The notes under the pieces are model-generated. The model worked only from the letters and a program-made list of their open reading frames with translations. It did no database searches and had not been told where the DNA came from. A DNA stretch of 63,806 nt, filler included, from Reclinomonas americana ATCC 50394 (Eukaryota), in assembly GCA_048213135.1 (NCBI GenBank). It is 7 parts of 7 records of this genome, joined end to end, with 100 filler letters (N's around TTAATTAATTAA, not from the genome) between each part and the next. Parts side by side here need not be neighbours in the genome. Positions count along the whole stretch, not along the records: positions 56,968 to 60,637 come from PS015527.1; positions 60,738 to 62,679 come from PS015536.1; positions 62,780 to 63,806 come from PS015573.1; 4 more parts are not named here. The stretch is one strand, 5' to 3'. A program made the translations under genes and the position numbers. Of this stretch, positions 58,958-63,806 are shown piece by piece (position 1 is the stretch's first letter; every line of letters begins with the position of its first letter).

Positions 58958-59919
58958 GAATACTTCAGCAGATTCAAACCACCAGAGCCCGAGCAAATAG
59001 AATTATATGAATATGATATTTTAGAAAGCTGTTCAAATAGTGCGTTAATATTTTGTGATAAACCATACAAAGGCATTGGACATAGATATGATATTATTTC
59101 ACAGTTCCCATATATTCTACAAAGTCAACAATTTCAAATTCCACTAACAAAAGGCAAACTAACACATATAACGGATGAAGAATTCAAAGATATGAAATAC
59201 TTTAAGTTTGGAGTATATCATGTCCACATAGACAAACCAAATCCTAAATTACTGATACAAAATAAACAAAGTTGGTATACACACACAGATTTAAACAGAG
59301 CGATTGAATTAGGTTATGAATTGACTTTAATATGTCACGAAGATGAACCAAATGCATTATTATATGATAAGTTTATCAATGGTTCAAAGTTATTTGGCCC
59401 AATGATAAGAAATCTTTACAAATTCAAAGCAAAAGGTTTTAAATGTATGAAGAATTATATTAATTGTTTATGGGGTGCATTGTGTCAGACTAATAATATG
59501 ACATTGACATTAACGCCAACAAATCCTGATGTAAATCATGATAGATGGTTTATTAACAATATAACACCGTGTGATAATGGAAACTGTAAAGTCGATGTAG
59601 TTAATCTAGAAAAACCATATGAAACAAACTTTGCACGTATAAAACCGTTTATTATGGCCAAGTCTAGATATATGTTATCTAAAATCATTGAAAAAACATA
59701 AATAATGTTTTATGGGCTCATACTGATGGTATTATTTTAAGTGCTCCAATTTCAGCAAGCACTAAAACAGGTTCTGAATTGGGAGACTTAAAATACAAGG
59801 GTAAAAGTGAATGTGAAATCAAAAATGTTATTAACTTCAAGTTTGCTGATGATGAAAAAGTCGACTTATTCAAAGATATCAAAGAACAAAAAAGATTAGC
59901 CAAGAAACTATATAAATAA
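58958..59919 (+). CDS. polB: Divergent family B DNA polymerase, polymerase domain (protein-primed-like), 5' end in gap, -1 frameshift at about 59691-59696
   Basis: Motif A YDIISQFP (about 59086) and motif B KNYINCLWGAL (about 59450) are followed by ARIKPFIMAKSR. After a one-base shift in the A6 run come motif C WAHTDG and GSELGDLK, with a stop at 59917-59919. Confidence 0.8.
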
Positions 59920-59989
59920 TTTTTCTCTATATATAGATTTCTATAAAAAGGGCTTAAAGAAATAATGATATATAATATTATAAATAAAA

Positions 59990-60466
59990 ATGCTGAGTAA
60001 ATTTTTTAAAGCGATTGAGTATGTTAATATTTCAGGTGGTTTATTTCTAGATGACTTCTATTTAGTTCAAGATACCTATGACCTCTTCGACACCATGATG
60101 GAGGGTTATGATGAACTGATAAAGAAGCTCAAAAAGAAAGTTAGAAAATATGCGAAGAATTGGGATCTCAGCGAAATGGAAGCATTATATATGATTCTAA
60201 TACATCGTGAGCAGGAAGTATATAATATATTACTCAAAGACGATATGGAGATGTATGACCAGTTCACGCAAGCATCATTTGACTTTTGGCATGCACCACA
60301 TAGAATGTATACGCACATATATGATCATGCATTTGGTATTATAATTGCTAGTCTTTTAGATAGATGCAAATTACAATACAAAGATGAAGACGGTCTAAAT
60401 GTTTTTCCAAAGCTAAGCAGTCCACTCAGAAAGATGCTACTAGCTAGGTTTACCTTCTTAGATTAA
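59990..60466 (+). CDS. Hypothetical helical protein, 158 aa
   Basis: Clean ORF after an AT-rich intergenic region ending AAAATG. Confidence 0.65.
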   Translation: MLSKFFKAIEYVNISGGLFLDDFYLVQDTYDLFDTMMEGYDELIKKLKKKVRKYAKNWDLSEMEALYMILIHREQEVYNILLKDDMEMYDQFTQASFDFWHAPHRMYTHIYDHAFGIIIASLLDRCKLQYKDEDGLNVFPKLSSPLRKMLLARFTFLD

Positions 60467-60507
60467 GTTTAATTTATCATATTATTATGTCGGTTTAGGA
60501 TATAATA

Positions 60508-60637
60508 ATGTTCTTTTGTAAATTTTGTAAAGAAAAGATTAAATATCCTCTTGATCAATATATCTGTTGCTTACATGATAAATGTACAATGAGAATAGTG
60601 ACACGAGTATATGCTATGCAAAGTATTAAAACATTGG
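60508..60637 (+). CDS. Small Cys-rich (possible zinc-ribbon) ORF, 3'-truncated
   Basis: MFFCKFCKEKIKYPLDQYICCLHDKC: a CxxC plus distal Cys/His. Confidence 0.4.
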
Positions 60638-60789
60638 NNNNNNNNNNNNNNNNNNNNNNNNNNNNNNNNNNNNNNNNNNNNTTAATTAATTAANNNNNNN
60701 NNNNNNNNNNNNNNNNNNNNNNNNNNNNNNNNNNNNNTTCAGGGGAAAGGCGCAGCGGAATCGCTCGCGGGAGTTGTTTTTCCGTTGAT

Positions 60790-62679
60790 GTATGTATTAC
60801 TCATCATTGTATTGTCGTCGTCATGATGGCGTCCACCACAGCGCCTTAGTGAGCTCGCCGATCTTGTTTTGCGTGGCGCCACAGGCGTGCACCTGAGGAA
60901 GAGAGAGAGAGAGAAGATGCATGTCAGCCAAAGGCAAGACTCGGTATCAGCGAAATATTCGTCGTCGTACCAATACCAAGTTCGTCTTCTCCGGTTGATC
61001 AGCCATCTGTCTCCGTGGCACCAGCAAGCTTAGGCCTGCCACCGTATTGACCTGCAGCACGTCGAACCAATCCATGCGCAGGCGACCGAGTCGCGCGTGC
61101 ACGTCCACCAGCGCGTTGACAAATTGCTGATCTTGTAGCTGCGTCCAGCGCCGATTCTGCTGCCCCAACGCGGCTGCAAACAAACGCAGCGCGTACACGG
61201 TTGGACGCGCCGTCCACACTCCCGTGTTGATGCTCAGTGTGTGTTGGTGGGAGGCGCACACGTGGCCCGGCGGACCGTTCTGCATCGTGTGTGATTGAGG
61301 AGACGGAAATTGTGCGGTCGTATTCTCGTCGTCTCTCACCTTGCCGAAATCGAGCACACTGTTGGGAATGGCGTACGACCATGGATCGCGAGCTCGGTCC
61401 CGGGGAGCCGCTTCCAGCATTAGCGTAGCGTCGTGCTCGCCGCTGTAAAAGTCGGCCTGGAAGATGACATCGGGCGGTATGTCGTACAGCTCCGACACCG
61501 ACGCCACCTGCGGCAAATCCCACACCGGTCGCACAAACATGGCATCCACGTCGGTGTAGAACACCTGGACGCCGCATCGCAGCAACAGGTAGCCATACAT
61601 GTAGCGCAGGTTGATGACGGGCGGGTAGCCGACATAGTCGGGCTGCCGATCGACGAGCCTACACGAACACACCGCTGTCAGACAGACTCTCAACATTCTA
61701 TCCACAAACTCCCTCTCCCTTCTCTCACCAGCCTGACTCGTCGAGCACCACTCCCACATCCTTGCCTGGCTCAAACAGTGCCTTGACAGCTGTCACAGTT
61801 GTCTCATCCCCGCACACAATCAGGGGAAGCAGCCGGTCACCGTGTGCAGCAAAGAAGCGCGACAGCCACATTCTGACGAGCTCCAAGTATGCCTCTGCGT
61901 TGTGCGACGCCAGCTGCACGGCTGTGAAGACCGTCAGTCGATGTGGCGAGTCCCCGGGCTGCATAGTCATGCGCGGTTGCGCCAACACAGCCGTCAACTT
62001 TTCCAACATCTCCCGGCTCTCGTGCATCGCAGGTCCCTGCTGCGGAAACAACGACTGCGGTGTGGGAGCGCGGTGGTTGCCAGCTGCTGCCGCCGCCTGC
62101 ACGAGTGCCGTCTTGTCCGTGAGCACGCGCCACATCTCGCTCTCCATCTCGCGACAAAAGTCGGCAGGGTAGAACTCAATGCGCGGAAACTCGGCCGTCC
62201 GCTTGTTTGCACGCAGCGCAGCGGAGAAGGTGTGCACTGGTGGCTCGGAGCGATCCGGCACAGGCGATGGCACCATGGTGAAGGTGCGTTGCACAAACTG
62301 TGGACCGAGATATTCGCACTCTCGCTCGTCCACCACCATCACCACCCTGTCTGCTGCGCCTGGATGTGCGCGACGAGTCGGTAATCCGAGTGCACGAACA
62401 TCAATCTTGTTGCACCCCCCACAAACCGTGCAAGGAGAGGCAGACGAGATCCGTGGAGGTCACCTGCGACACTGTCGCAGCCAGTAGCGATGCTGCGTGT
62501 CTCCACTCGGCGAGAAACGGACGGCTGCGAGCAGCCGCCAGTTTATCCGCGGCAGGCGTCAGCGCCAGCGGTTTTTGCCACTGCAAGCGCTCATCCAGTG
62601 AGATGTGGCGGAGAGGACGTCGTCACCAGCACGATTCACGCAACACTCCAGTCAATCACAAAGTCGCAGTGCTTGCGGC
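60790..62679 (-). CDS. Nucleotide-diphospho-sugar transferase (Nucleotid_trans / GT77-like), partial
   Basis: LLRCGVQVFYTDVDAMFVRP (DxD motif), DVIFQAD, INTGVWTARPT and QDQQFVN are the conserved motif series of this family. Confidence 0.8.
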
Positions 62680-62792
62680 NNNNNNNNNNNNNNNNNNNNN
62701 NNNNNNNNNNNNNNNNNNNNNNNTTAATTAATTAANNNNNNNNNNNNNNNNNNNNNNNNNNNNNNNNNNNNNNNNNNNNGCGTTTTTTACAG

Positions 62793-63112
62793 TTGCCTTT
62801 GACACGTTCGACTTGGACGGTCGCGGTGCGATCTCGGTGGCCAATGTGCGATCGATTGTGCGGAACCTGATGCGCGGCACTAACTACAGCGACGACTGGT
62901 GCCGTCAGCTCGCCTCGCAGCTCATCAACCAGATGGACACCAACGCCGACGGAACCATCTCCTTCAACGAGTTCTCCACTGCATGCCGCAAGAATCCCGA
63001 GCTGCTCAGCATTTTCGCTCTGGCCGTGCCCGAGCTGCTCATTTTGCCGAACGGAGTTGCGTGCATACACGGGAAGGAAGAGAGGTCAAGCAAGGGTAAT
63101 CAATGGTGCTGA
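62793..63112 (+). CDS. C-terminal exon of an EF-hand Ca2+-binding protein (calcineurin B / neuronal calcium sensor-like)
   Basis: AFDTFDLDGRGAIS...QMDTNADGTISFNEFSTACRKNPELL contains two EF-hand loops, after a TTTTTACAG acceptor. Confidence 0.85.
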
Positions 63113-63806
63113 CGTTGTGTTGTGTGTTGCAGCATGTGGTCAAGGTTTCACACGAGGAGGAATAAGGGACAGCAGCGACGCGGATACGTTTTTGTTCTCT
63201 CTTTCTTTCCACCCTCGCTGTGCTGTGCTTGCACGCCCACACGAATGTACGATAAACGTCGACAACACAAAGTCCCCTGACGTTCTCACCTTGTCAACTC
63301 CGTCGCGTCATCGACAGGTGAGCGGATGCACACTCTCTCCGTGCACCTCGCAGACACGCACGTCTGTATGCAACACGCACGAGTCAGTAAACAAGCACAC
63401 GTCACACACACTTCCCGCGCGCGTGCACGGCCATTGCGCCATCGACCTCACCCTCTCCCACACTCACGCAATGCACTGTGTGTCTCACTGTGTGCGTGTC
63501 TCTCACAGACTGCACGCAAGCACACTCCACTCATTGTCACACATGGATCCCTACAAGGTCAGTCTGTGTGTGTGTGTGTGTGTGTGTTGTCTCCTCGGAG
63601 CTGACATGTGCAAGTCGCCCCGCGTTTTTCACTCCGTCTCACTCACTCTCATTCACGCACACATTCACAGTACATTCCGTCGGAGGAGTACGACTCTGAG
63701 ACATGGACCACCAATGCAGTTGCGTGAGAGAGTGCGGTGATTCGAATGTGCGGAGAATCCACTCATCAGTCTCTCACTCTCGCTCTCTCCCTTGTGCTCT
63801 CCCTCC

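Larger units (their letters stand above)
56968..60637 (+). mobile_element. AT-rich virus-like contig (Polinton-like virus / virophage / linear-plasmid-type element), endogenous or co-assembled
   Basis: Composition switches abruptly to strongly AT-rich DNA with no introns or microsatellites. ORFs are co-oriented, the first three only 5 and 9 nt apart, and one has family B polymerase motifs. No capsid, ATPase or integrase gene is visible. Confidence 0.7.

Overview
Eukaryotic (protist-like) draft assembly: GC-rich, intron-dense DNA with many short GT-AG introns and CA/GA microsatellites. It consists of seven pieces joined by artificial 100-nt N...TTAATTAATTAA...N linkers. I cannot identify the organism. 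Recognisable host genes are a TACC-type coiled-coil protein, a PLAC8 protein, DPH7, proteasome alpha-3 (PSMA4), an MFSD6-like transporter, a cyclic-nucleotide-gated channel, a GT77-like nucleotide-sugar transferase and an EF-hand protein. Three regions stand out. (1) A spliced gene at about 44.7-55.1 kb appears to encode at least five tandem, catalytically degenerate kinesin motor domains with shared intron positions. (2) An intron-containing gene at 7.4-18.5 kb (minus strand) encodes a roughly 3,000-aa Thr/Ser/Gly-rich beta-repeat fibre that ends in a phage/giant-virus tail-fibre-type C-terminal module. (3) An AT-rich, intronless contig at 57.0-60.6 kb carries a divergent, frameshifted family B DNA polymerase and looks like a Polinton-like/virophage-type element. 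Exon joins were made by eye and family calls come from motif recognition, not database searches.
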